Below, piece by piece: positions 7,823 to 15,821 of a stretch of DNA of 59,010 nucleotides. A program made the position numbers and the translations under genes. How positions within the stretch are numbered: position 1 is the stretch's first letter; each line of letters starts with the position of its first letter. The DNA is from an uncultured Mycoplasma sp. (GTDB lineage: Bacteria; Bacillota_I; Bacilli_A; RF39; UBA660), in contig CAYXZZ010000002.1 in NCBI GenBank assembly GCA_964470055.1, forward strand, positions 1-59,010. The letters run 5' to 3'. Below the pieces are notes generated by a model that saw only the letters and a list, made by a program, of their open reading frames with translations, was not told the origin of the DNA and did no database searches.

Positions 7823-7979
7823 TTATTTATTAATAATAATAGGCTGCAGTATGATTATTATTGGTGTCTATTTAACAATAGAAAAGGAAGTTTGTATGTC
7901 ATTACCAATGTATAAAAACAAAGATAATGGTATATGCGAAAGATATAAAGATGAATACATAGAAAGGTGGACAGAGTAA
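7800..7979 (+). CDS. 59-aa membrane peptide
   Basis: ATG 7800, hydrophobic helix ISYLLIIIGCSMIIIGVYL; below the 60-aa cutoff of the track. Confidence 0.35.
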   Translation: MKYLRKISYLLIIIGCSMIIIGVYLTIEKEVCMSLPMYKNKDNGICERYKDEYIERWTE

Positions 7980-7981
7980 TT

Positions 7982-8215
7982 ATGACTGAAAAACAATTAA
8001 TAGCTTACATTTTAGGACTTGTAATTGGAACTTTATTTATTCATATGATGTACAAAATTGAACGTAAAAACAAAAACAGAAAAGCATTTAATGAAGTTTA
8101 TCCAGTAGGAAGTACATTTCAGACATTTTATAGAGAACAAGAATTCCCATATGGAACATGGGAACTTGTAGGAATCAATACTGATAATTCTTATATATTT
8201 GAAAGGATAAAATAA
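7982..8215 (+). CDS. Small membrane-anchored hypothetical protein
   Basis: ATG 7982 (MTEKQLIAYILGLVIGTLFI..) after GAAAGGTGG; the track start at 7967 is less likely. Confidence 0.5.
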   Translation: MTEKQLIAYILGLVIGTLFIHMMYKIERKNKNRKAFNEVYPVGSTFQTFYREQEFPYGTWELVGINTDNSYIFERIK

Positions 8216-8216
8216 T

Positions 8217-8543
8217 ATGAGAATTAAAAGCAGTGTTGATCTAGAAAAATTAAGACAGTTTGATTTTGAACAAAGTGAAGAATATGAATATGAAAGATAT
8301 TTCATAAGAATATTTAAAAATACATCTTGGTCATTAGTAATAGAAAAGAATAGAGAAATAGTAATTATAAGTACAACAATTGATGAATATGAGAATATAA
8401 AAACAAAAAAGATAACAAATCAAAGTGTTATCAGACGTTATATTACGGACTTATTAGAAGCAAATCTAGTAGAAGGTATATTTATACCACCAAAGGGTCA
8501 ATTGAAGTTTAATATGGCAGGAAAGATAGTGAAAGGACGTTAA
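8217..8543 (+). CDS. Hypothetical protein
   Basis: 108-aa ORF tightly packed after the previous stop. Confidence 0.5.
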   Translation: MRIKSSVDLEKLRQFDFEQSEEYEYERYFIRIFKNTSWSLVIEKNREIVIISTTIDEYENIKTKKITNQSVIRRYITDLLEANLVEGIFIPPKGQLKFNMAGKIVKGR

Positions 8544-8547
8544 TAGT

Positions 8548-8655
8548 ATGAAAGAAAAAGTAATAGATATCTTAATGATAGTTTTTGCAATAATTTCTTC
8601 AATACTTTTATTTATTCTATTAGCAATAATTGCAATTATATGGATTTTACTATAG
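8548..8655 (+). CDS. 35-aa hydrophobic peptide
   Basis: ATG 8548 after GAAAGGA; sequence almost entirely one TM helix. Confidence 0.3.
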   Translation: MKEKVIDILMIVFAIISSILLFILLAIIAIIWILL

Positions 8656-8672
8656 ATAGGAAGTGATGATAT

Positions 8673-8939
8673 ATGAGTGAAGAAGAATTAAAATTAATTC
8701 AAGAAATGTTAGATAATTGTAAGAAACAATCAATTTATGTTGATGTAAAAGCCATGGAAAAATATAATGCTTTAAGAAAATTGTTAGATAATTACTATAA
8801 ATTATACAGTAACTGGAATCAATTAATGAATTGTGTAATTGATTTATTTAATACAAGTCAAGATACAGCTTATTTAGATGTTTTAGAAAAAATACAAGAA
8901 TTTGAAAAGGATAATAATAATGCTAACACTTCCAATTAA
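8673..8939 (+). CDS. Hypothetical protein
   Basis: 88 aa; preceded by AGGAAGTGATGATATATG junction. Confidence 0.55.
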   Translation: MSEEELKLIQEMLDNCKKQSIYVDVKAMEKYNALRKLLDNYYKLYSNWNQLMNCVIDLFNTSQDTAYLDVLEKIQEFEKDNNNANTSN

Positions 8940-9240
8940 GAAAAAATGGTTTGATATGATTCTATCAGGTAAAAAGAAAGAAGAATATAGAGAAATCAAA
9001 CCATATTATGAAAGCAGATTTTATCATTTAATAGTAGAACAAAAAATAAGTGGAATAGGTTGTCGTGTTGTTGTTAAAAGTCCAAAATATATAATATTTC
9101 GAAATGGTTATTCATCAAACAGTCCATCAATTAAATGTGAAGTAAAAATTACAACAGGAAAAGGAAAAGAAGAATGGGGAGCAGAACCGAATAAAGAATA
9201 CTATATTTTAAAAATACTAAGTGTAGAAAGATTAAATTAG
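8920..9240 (+). CDS. ASCH-domain protein
   Basis: MLTLPIKKKWFDMILSGKKKEEYREIKPYY...IIFRNGY pattern typical of phage ASCH (PUA-like) proteins. Confidence 0.65.
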   Translation: MLTLPIKKKWFDMILSGKKKEEYREIKPYYESRFYHLIVEQKISGIGCRVVVKSPKYIIFRNGYSSNSPSIKCEVKITTGKGKEEWGAEPNKEYYILKILSVERLN

Positions 9241-9252
9241 AGGTGATGATAA

Positions 9253-9411
9253 GTGAATTGGATAGAATTTTTCTTTGGTTGGTTAATCAAAGGACAATAT
9301 GAGGTGACAATGTTAGATACATTGATGTGTTTTTTAGAACTTGCATTAGTTTTTGGTATAGGAATATTTATTTATTGTTTAATACCAGAAAAAAAGGATA
9401 GAAAAAAATGA
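9253..9411 (+). CDS. 52-aa membrane peptide
   Basis: GTG start after AGGTGATGATAA junction; stop overlaps the next ATG (ATGA). Confidence 0.35.
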   Translation: MNWIEFFFGWLIKGQYEVTMLDTLMCFLELALVFGIGIFIYCLIPEKKDRKK

Positions 9412-9677
9412 AAGCATTCATAAAAAAAGATAAATTGGAAACTTTTATAGAAAACTGGCCAGATTATGGTTTTATTCCAACACCAATAAATTCAAAAAAA
9501 CCTCGTGTATATAAAAAGATAGATAATTTATTGTATTTAATAATTGACGTTCCTACTAGAGAATTAATGCTTATAACACCATATGGTTCAAGTCCTTTTA
9601 TGGAAACACAAACACAACATTTTCAAGATTTAATTGATGCAGGATTTATAGAATTTGTAAAAGGAAAATTTGATTAG
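9408..9677 (+). CDS. Hypothetical protein
   Basis: 89-aa ORF, translationally coupled. Confidence 0.55.
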   Translation: MKAFIKKDKLETFIENWPDYGFIPTPINSKKPRVYKKIDNLLYLIIDVPTRELMLITPYGSSPFMETQTQHFQDLIDAGFIEFVKGKFD

Positions 9678-9689
9678 GAGTGATGTTAA

Positions 9690-9941
9690 ATGATAGATTT
9701 TAATGAAATTAAAAGATTGTTAGACGAAATAAGATTTAAAAATAATAGACTTTTAGAATTGTGTATGTATGCTCTTATTAGAGATACAGACATATATAAC
9801 CACGAATTAGATGATACGACGAAAATGTTGTTTATGACAGCTATCGCTAACAATTTAACACTTAACACTAGTCAGTTAAGAGCATATTTAATTGAAATGT
9901 GGGAGAAAAGAGAACACTTAGTAGGGAGTGATGTTAAATGA
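9690..9941 (+). CDS. Hypothetical protein
   Basis: 83 aa; preceded by GGAGTGATGTTAAATG junction. Confidence 0.55.
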   Translation: MIDFNEIKRLLDEIRFKNNRLLELCMYALIRDTDIYNHELDDTTKMLFMTAIANNLTLNTSQLRAYLIEMWEKREHLVGSDVK

Positions 9942-10147
9942 TAATAAAAAGTTTATGGAAAGAATTAGTTTTTGATATCCAAACATATAAAGGTGATAAA
10001 CAACTTTATAGACAAGATGTTATACTTCAGCTATATATGTCATTAGTATTTTTAGTCATATTAACACCAATAATGATTGTTATAGATTTATTATTATTAC
10101 CACTAGAAATATGTTATTACTTTTTTGCTAAGTGGATTAGAAAATAA
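9938..10147 (+). CDS. Small membrane protein (paralogue of 11479-11694)
   Basis: 69 aa; shares the C-terminal pattern IDL.LLP.EI.Y with the other ORF. Confidence 0.55.
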   Translation: MIIKSLWKELVFDIQTYKGDKQLYRQDVILQLYMSLVFLVILTPIMIVIDLLLLPLEICYYFFAKWIRK

Positions 10148-10168
10148 ATAATTTAGGAGTGATATTAA

Positions 10169-10438
10169 GTGATAAATAAAAATAGTAAGTGGATAGCAAA
10201 ATTTAAAATATGTTTAAATGTATTACTACATTATGGTATATATAGAAGAATTGTAGGAGAGCAAGTAAGAATTATTAAAAATAATGGTAAAGAACAATAT
10301 AATATGCTAATTGGAGAAATAGGATATGTATATGGATTTGAATATGAAAATTTTGAAAAACCAATCATTATTCATTTTCCAAAAACTAAAAGGAATTATT
10401 GTTTTGCAATTAATGAATTAGAAATAATTAAGGAGTGA
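10169..10438 (+). CDS. Hypothetical protein
   Basis: 89 aa, GTG start after GGAGTGATATTAAGTG junction. Confidence 0.5.
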   Translation: MINKNSKWIAKFKICLNVLLHYGIYRRIVGEQVRIIKNNGKEQYNMLIGEIGYVYGFEYENFEKPIIIHFPKTKRNYCFAINELEIIKE

Positions 10439-10444
10439 TGTTAA

Positions 10445-10696
10445 GTGAATAAAGAAGAATTAATAAAACTAATAGAAACATTAGAGTTTGAAGAAGTAAG
10501 ATGTATGACATTATCATATTACAAAAATAAGCCTAAAAGAAGTTGTTATAGTTATGGAGATGAAGATATAAATCCAAAAACAATAACATTTGGTACTGAT
10601 TTAGAAAAAATAATAAGTGAAAACTTTAATTCAAATAGAGATCTTATAAATGAGGTATATAGAGAAGTAGAAAGATTAAAGGATAGTGATGATTAA
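10445..10696 (+). CDS. Hypothetical protein
   Basis: 83 aa, GTG start after GGAGTGATGTTAAGTG junction. Confidence 0.5.
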   Translation: MNKEELIKLIETLEFEEVRCMTLSYYKNKPKRSCYSYGDEDINPKTITFGTDLEKIISENFNSNRDLINEVYREVERLKDSDD

Positions 10697-10697
10697 G

Positions 10698-10985
10698 ATG
10701 AATGAAGATATAAAAGAGTTAATTGAAAATTTGGAATTTGCAGAAGGTGTTTTTGATTATATGCTTACACCTGATGATAGTAAATTGTTGTTAGATTACA
10801 TAACAAAAATACAAAACAACTGGAAAAAATTAAAGAAGAAATTAGAAAGACGTATAAAAAGTTATGAAGACAGAAAAGAATTAGGCAAGGGTTATGAACT
10901 AACAAAAGTTATGGAAATTTCACTTGCTTGTGATAAAAGATTTTTAAAAGAAATGCAAGAATTGGAGCAAGGGAAAGATGAATAG
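10698..10985 (+). CDS. Hypothetical protein
   Basis: ATG 10698 (MNEDIKELIENLEF..) after AAGGATAGTGATGATTAAG; N-terminus resembles that of the preceding ORF (LIETLEFEE / LIENLEFAE). Confidence 0.5.
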   Translation: MNEDIKELIENLEFAEGVFDYMLTPDDSKLLLDYITKIQNNWKKLKKKLERRIKSYEDRKELGKGYELTKVMEISLACDKRFLKEMQELEQGKDE

Positions 10986-11145
10986 TAAAGCCAATAAAAT
11001 TTTTGATTTAGCAAAAGAGATGGTAGATATATTATCAACTATGAACCAAGAAGAATTAAAGTTTTTGAAACTACAATATGAAGTTGCTTTTAAATTTGCA
11101 GACTTACACAAAATGAGAAAAAGATTAGAGGGTAAAAATGAGTGA
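10978..11145 (+). CDS. 55-aa hypothetical protein
   Basis: Fills the gap between neighbours, overlapping both by a few nt. Confidence 0.35.
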   Translation: MNSKANKIFDLAKEMVDILSTMNQEELKFLKLQYEVAFKFADLHKMRKRLEGKNE

Positions 11146-11479
11146 AGATAGATTTTATATTAAAGATTTACAACCTATAAGAGAATTTTGTTTAAATAGT
11201 GGAAAAGAAGATATTTATAAATATATTTATTCATTACAACAAGAAATTCAACAATTAAAAGAAGAAAAAAATCATATGTCACATAACTATACCAAATATA
11301 TTCAAGAAAGAGATAAACAACTAGATAAATATAAAGAGGTTATTGAGGAAGTAAGAGAATATATAACAAACACCGTAGTTTATGAAGATTTAGGAGATGG
11401 TTATTCTTACAATTGTGACAAATATGAGGAAGAAAAGTTATTACAAATATTAGATAAAGCAAGAGTAGGTGATAAGTAA
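11138..11479 (+). CDS. Hypothetical coiled-coil protein
   Basis: 113-aa ORF. Confidence 0.5.
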   Translation: MSEDRFYIKDLQPIREFCLNSGKEDIYKYIYSLQQEIQQLKEEKNHMSHNYTKYIQERDKQLDKYKEVIEEVREYITNTVVYEDLGDGYSYNCDKYEEEKLLQILDKARVGDK

Positions 11480-11694
11480 TGATGTTATATGATTTATTTG
11501 AGAATAAGTTTTGGTATATAGATTGTCTTGATTTTAATTGGTATGATACTTTTGATGGCGTTATTACGACTATGGTAATTTACTCCGGACTATTTATTTT
11601 GGCTTTATTAATTGATTTATTCCTGTTGCCGGTAGAAATTATATATTTAATTTATATATTGGTAAAGAGAAAAATAAACAATAAAAAACATTAG
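11479..11694 (+). CDS. Small membrane protein (paralogue of 9938-10147)
   Basis: 71 aa; LALLIDLFLLPVEIIYLIYILVKRK. Confidence 0.55.
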   Translation: MMLYDLFENKFWYIDCLDFNWYDTFDGVITTMVIYSGLFILALLIDLFLLPVEIIYLIYILVKRKINNKKH

Positions 11695-11714
11695 ATAAAG
11701 CGAAGGAGAAGTAA

Positions 11715-12440
11715 ATGAACGAAGAAGAATTATTTAGATTAGCAATAAGTGATGTTTCTACATACTCGTTATTAAATGAAATATTAGCAATTAGAGATAA
11801 TAGATTTCCTAATGAAGAAGTAGATTATTGCATAAATGTAAATGGATATATTAGTTTAGATGCTTTAAATAAATATGTGAAAGTAGTCCAAGAAAATCAC
11901 CAATTAAAAGAGAAAAATGATAAAATAAAAATAGCAATAGCTGAAAATTGTGATTTAAGATTAGATTATGAATTATACAAAGACAATCATATTTATAAAA
12001 ATTATGAAGTTGAAATGAAAGAAAATACCATAAAAAAATTAAAAGAGGCTGTCAAGGAAGTACGAACATATATAAAATATTATTTATTAGATAATAGTTG
12101 GTTTAAAGATAGTCAAAAAGAATTTGAAAAGTTATTACAAATGTTAGAAACATCAAAGGAGGATAATATTATGAATAATGAAAAATTAAATGGAGTGAGT
12201 TGTCCAGGCGTACAAGGAGCTGAAGGGATTCCTGGTAAAACATTTGAAGGAAGGTTATTAATAGAATATACAGAATTAGTTGAGAGAATAGTTTTGTTAG
12301 AAAAAGCATTAGGACCAGATGGAAAAATAGAACATATAGAACCAGTATTAGAAAAACAATTATCAATTATGAGGGACTACAGAGATATATTACAATTAAG
12401 AATAATTGCTCTATTATTAAAAGATAAAAAGGAGAATTGA
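11715..12440 (+). CDS. Hypothetical protein (possibly two nested products)
   Basis: 241 aa; an in-frame ATG at 12171 is preceded by AAAGGAGGA. Confidence 0.5.
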   Translation: MNEEELFRLAISDVSTYSLLNEILAIRDNRFPNEEVDYCINVNGYISLDALNKYVKVVQENHQLKEKNDKIKIAIAENCDLRLDYELYKDNHIYKNYEVEMKENTIKKLKEAVKEVRTYIKYYLLDNSWFKDSQKEFEKLLQMLETSKEDNIMNNEKLNGVSCPGVQGAEGIPGKTFEGRLLIEYTELVERIVLLEKALGPDGKIEHIEPVLEKQLSIMRDYRDILQLRIIALLLKDKKEN

Positions 12441-12443
12441 TTA

Positions 12444-12998
12444 ATGTTAGAAGATAAGCCAATATCAACAAAAGAAGTTGTAGGAATTGTTATAACAGAA
12501 CTAGAGAAAAGAAATATAATAAAAAGAAATTTATCAACATTCAAAAATACAGAACAATTATTATTTGATTATCCAAAGTTGAAAGAATCTATAAAAGACA
12601 GAAAAGAACAAATTAAAGATTACCAGGAATATGGATTACCAGGAAAATCAAAATCAATAGCATCAATTAATAGTAATTCTAAAAAAGAGGATATGGATGA
12701 TATAATATCTAACTCAATATCTTCATTAAAAAAAGATATATATAGAACTGAAGTAGTTATTAAATTTATAGACACAGTATTACAAAGATTTAAAAATGAT
12801 CCATATTATGAAATGATAAAACTCTACTTTTTTGAAAGAAAAACATATGAACAAATTGCAGCAGAATTTGATAAAAGAAAAAACAATGGTAATTCGATTG
12901 CAATATCAACATTAGCATCTAATAAGAATAGAATTGTTAGAGAACTTCAAAAGTATATATTTCCAAATGACTATCTTTATCAAATGCTAGGGTATTGA
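12444..12998 (+). CDS. Late-gene transcriptional regulator, sigma-70 region-4-like (ArpU/RinA-type position)
   Basis: C-terminal YYEMIKLYFFERKTYEQIAAEF...ISTLASNKNRIVRELQ resembles a sigma region 4 HTH; last gene before the packaging operon. Confidence 0.5.
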   Translation: MLEDKPISTKEVVGIVITELEKRNIIKRNLSTFKNTEQLLFDYPKLKESIKDRKEQIKDYQEYGLPGKSKSIASINSNSKKEDMDDIISNSISSLKKDIYRTEVVIKFIDTVLQRFKNDPYYEMIKLYFFERKTYEQIAAEFDKRKNNGNSIAISTLASNKNRIVRELQKYIFPNDYLYQMLGY

Positions 12999-13101
12999 CA
13001 AAGTTGGAAAAGTACCGAAAAACACCACTATTTTAATTTGAAAAAGTATGCTTTATAATGTGTATAGTGAATTTATGATAAAAAAATTCAGAGAGATTAA
13101 A

Positions 13102-13126
13102 AGACTTGCAATGCAGGTCTTTTTTT
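13102..13126 (+). terminator. Intrinsic terminator between regulator and late operon
   Basis: Stem AGACTTGC/GCAGGTCT (one G-U), loop AAT, T6 run. Confidence 0.65.
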
Positions 13127-13143
13127 AGTTAAGGAGAATAAAT

Positions 13144-13419
13144 ATGAATTTTGAAACATTAGAAAAAGCATTTGAAGAAGCAAAAGCAGCACAATTTCCT
13201 ATTTGTGTAGTTTTAACTATTCCAGGACAAGAAGATCATGAAATGATAATTAATGGAATAACAAGTTTAGATAATAAACTTGCATATTACAAAGAAAACT
13301 ATGATGAAGAACTAAGACATAAAAGAAATCCAGAAGTTCAAATTGTAGGAGCTTTTCCAATTAGATTCTTTTTAGATGAATATGACAAAGCAATATACGA
13401 AGCAGAACAAGGTAAATAA
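13144..13419 (+). CDS. Hypothetical protein, first gene of the late operon
   Basis: 91 aa, AAGGAGAA RBS. Confidence 0.55.
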   Translation: MNFETLEKAFEEAKAAQFPICVVLTIPGQEDHEMIINGITSLDNKLAYYKENYDEELRHKRNPEVQIVGAFPIRFFLDEYDKAIYEAEQGK

Positions 13420-13517
13420 ACTTTGTTCTTTTGAATATTTCATGACACATGGATGTAAGGGATGTAAAAAGAGTAGGATGTGTGAAGAACTAGAAAATAA
13501 GAATAGAGGTGATAAGA

Positions 13518-13919
13518 ATGACAAAAAAAAGAATAAAAATAAAATTAGGAAGACCTCTAAAATATAAAACAGCAGAAGAATTAGAAAATCATGTTGCTGG
13601 TTATTTTAAATATTGTCAACATGAAAGATTAGTTCCTGGTATTTCGGGGCTAGCTAGTTATTTAGGAATAACGAGAAAAACATTGTTAAACTATGAGAAT
13701 TATTCAGAAGATGAAGCATATAGTGATGTTATTTTAAGAGCTAGAACAGAAATAGAAGCATATAATGAACAGATATTATATTCAAGATTTACTGCTGGTG
13801 CTCAATTTATTCTAAAAAATAACTTTGGTTATAATGCAGAACAAAAACACATCAATGAAAATGTTGATGTTCCTTTTGAAGAATATCTAAAAGGTTGTGT
13901 TTCAGATAATGAATATTAA
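13518..13919 (+). CDS. Terminase small subunit
   Basis: MTKKRIKIKLGRPLKYKTAEELENHVAGYFKYC...PGISGLASYLGITRKTLLNYEN is the typical N-terminal HTH pattern of small terminases; directly upstream of the large subunit. Confidence 0.75.
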   Translation: MTKKRIKIKLGRPLKYKTAEELENHVAGYFKYCQHERLVPGISGLASYLGITRKTLLNYENYSEDEAYSDVILRARTEIEAYNEQILYSRFTAGAQFILKNNFGYNAEQKHINENVDVPFEEYLKGCVSDNEY

Positions 13920-15552
13920 TAGAAAAGCATTCATTGAAAAGTTTATTAAAATCAAAACAAAAACAAGTGAAATTGTTGATTTTAAAATGAATGCACCACA
14001 AACAAAACTATATAACATTATTAAGGAACAAGCAGAACTTAATAAACCTATTAGACTAATTATTTTAAAGTCTAGACAAATGGGAATCTCTACAGAAATT
14101 GAATCATTATTATTTAGTAATACGATATTAAAGTTCAATGTAAGTACTGGTATTGTTACACATGATTCAGCAGCTACTGCCAACTTATTTGAAATGAGTA
14201 AGTTAATGTATCAATGTCTACCGGATAAATTAAAACCATCATTATTAAAAGATAATGTTAATGAACTAGTATTTAATAATGAAGAAGGTACCGGATTAAA
14301 CAGTAGAATCAAATGTATGACAGCTGGAAATAGAAGTATCGGACGTTCAGCAACTTTCCAATATTTGCATTTATCAGAATATGCATTCTGGCCAGGAGAC
14401 AAGAAAAGTACCTTTAACGGACTAATTCAATGTGTTCCTGCATTACCAGATACAATAGTTGTAATTGAGTCAACACCTCAAGGATATGATGATTTTAAAG
14501 ATAAATGGGATAAAGCAGTTGCTGGAGAAAGTGACTTTATACCAGTTTTCCTTGCATGGTATGAAATGCCAGAGTATTCAATGCCATATGATGGATTTGA
14601 GCTAACAGAGGCCGAAAAAGAAATGATGGAAATGTACAATCTATCATTAGACCAGTTAACATGGAGAAGATGGTGTATTAAAAACAACTGTGATAATGAC
14701 CTTGATCAATTTAAACAAGAATATCCAAGTAATCCTGAAGAAGCATTCTTATCAACAGGAAAGTGTATATTTGATAAAGAGTCAGTAGTTAATAGAATAC
14801 AAAAGATTAAGAAACCTTTAAAAAGAGGTTTTTTTGATTATAAATATAATGGTTTAGAAATAACTGGAATAGAGTTTGTCGAATCAGATTCAAAACCATG
14901 GGTAGAAATATATGAAGATGTAAAAAAAGGATATCCGTACGTTCTAGGTGGAGATACTGCAGGAATTGGAAAGGATTCCTTCGCTGGTGATGTAGTTAAT
15001 AACAATACTGGAGAGCAAGCAGCAACATTAGAGTTAGAAAATGATGAAATAGAATATACAAGACAAATGTATTGCTTAGGAATGTATTACAATAATGCAT
15101 TGATTGGAATTGAAACAAACTATTCAACATATCCAGTTAAAGAATTATTTAGACTAGGATATACAAATCAATATTTAAGAACAATAGATGAAGGTATTGA
15201 TATTAAAATCCAGGATAAATTAGGATTTAATACAAATACAGCAACAAGACCTGTTATTATTGCAGAACTTGTAAAATTTGTTGAAGAAAATATTGAAAAA
15301 ATACATTGTCAAAATACATTAAAACAAACGCTAACATTTATAAAGAGGCCAGATGGAAAAAAGGCCGCAGACAATGGATATCACGATGATAGAGTTATGT
15401 CATTAGCAATAACTCTTGCAATACGTGATCAACAAGAATATCTAGTTATAGAACCAAAGGAAGAAAATAAAGTTGTTCTTCCTTTTGCATTACAAAATGA
15501 AATTACAGAAGATAATAATGATGAATATGAAGTTTTTGAAATGGAGTGGTAA
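13897..15552 (+). CDS. Terminase large subunit
   Basis: 551 aa; Walker-A-like LKSRQMGIST, acidic nuclease-half blocks; position between TerS and portal (start may be ATG 13909). Confidence 0.85.
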   Translation: MFQIMNINRKAFIEKFIKIKTKTSEIVDFKMNAPQTKLYNIIKEQAELNKPIRLIILKSRQMGISTEIESLLFSNTILKFNVSTGIVTHDSAATANLFEMSKLMYQCLPDKLKPSLLKDNVNELVFNNEEGTGLNSRIKCMTAGNRSIGRSATFQYLHLSEYAFWPGDKKSTFNGLIQCVPALPDTIVVIESTPQGYDDFKDKWDKAVAGESDFIPVFLAWYEMPEYSMPYDGFELTEAEKEMMEMYNLSLDQLTWRRWCIKNNCDNDLDQFKQEYPSNPEEAFLSTGKCIFDKESVVNRIQKIKKPLKRGFFDYKYNGLEITGIEFVESDSKPWVEIYEDVKKGYPYVLGGDTAGIGKDSFAGDVVNNNTGEQAATLELENDEIEYTRQMYCLGMYYNNALIGIETNYSTYPVKELFRLGYTNQYLRTIDEGIDIKIQDKLGFNTNTATRPVIIAELVKFVEENIEKIHCQNTLKQTLTFIKRPDGKKAADNGYHDDRVMSLAITLAIRDQQEYLVIEPKEENKVVLPFALQNEITEDNNDEYEVFEMEW

Positions 15553-15821
15553 AAATGAATTTATTTATTTTAATTATAGTAACTGTCTTAGGACTATTTT
15601 TAATATTTTTATTTGGATTTATATTAGGATTATCTATTCCTTACATTGTAAAAGGATATATTAAAGAAAATAAAGTTGATACACATTATCAACAACTAAA
15701 TCAAGATAATTCTAATGAAGCACAAAATATTCCATCACCAATAAATTCTTTTCAAAATACATTACCAGAAATGGAATTAATAGATGAATGGCTTAATGGG
15801 GCGGTGAAACCAAATGAATAA
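15546..15821 (+). CDS. Small membrane protein
   Basis: 91 aa, N-terminal TM helix; overlaps both neighbours. Confidence 0.5.
   Translation: MVKMNLFILIIVTVLGLFLIFLFGFILGLSIPYIVKGYIKENKVDTHYQQLNQDNSNEAQNIPSPINSFQNTLPEMELIDEWLNGAVKPNE

Noticed and set aside
13376-13567. 63-aa ORF with a CxxC..C motif and Lys-rich tail overlapping the TerS start
   Set aside because: It overlaps both neighbours in another frame and has no convincing RBS. The A-rich sequence explains the Lys/Asn run. A short peptide from ATG 13441 cannot be excluded, but nothing supports it.
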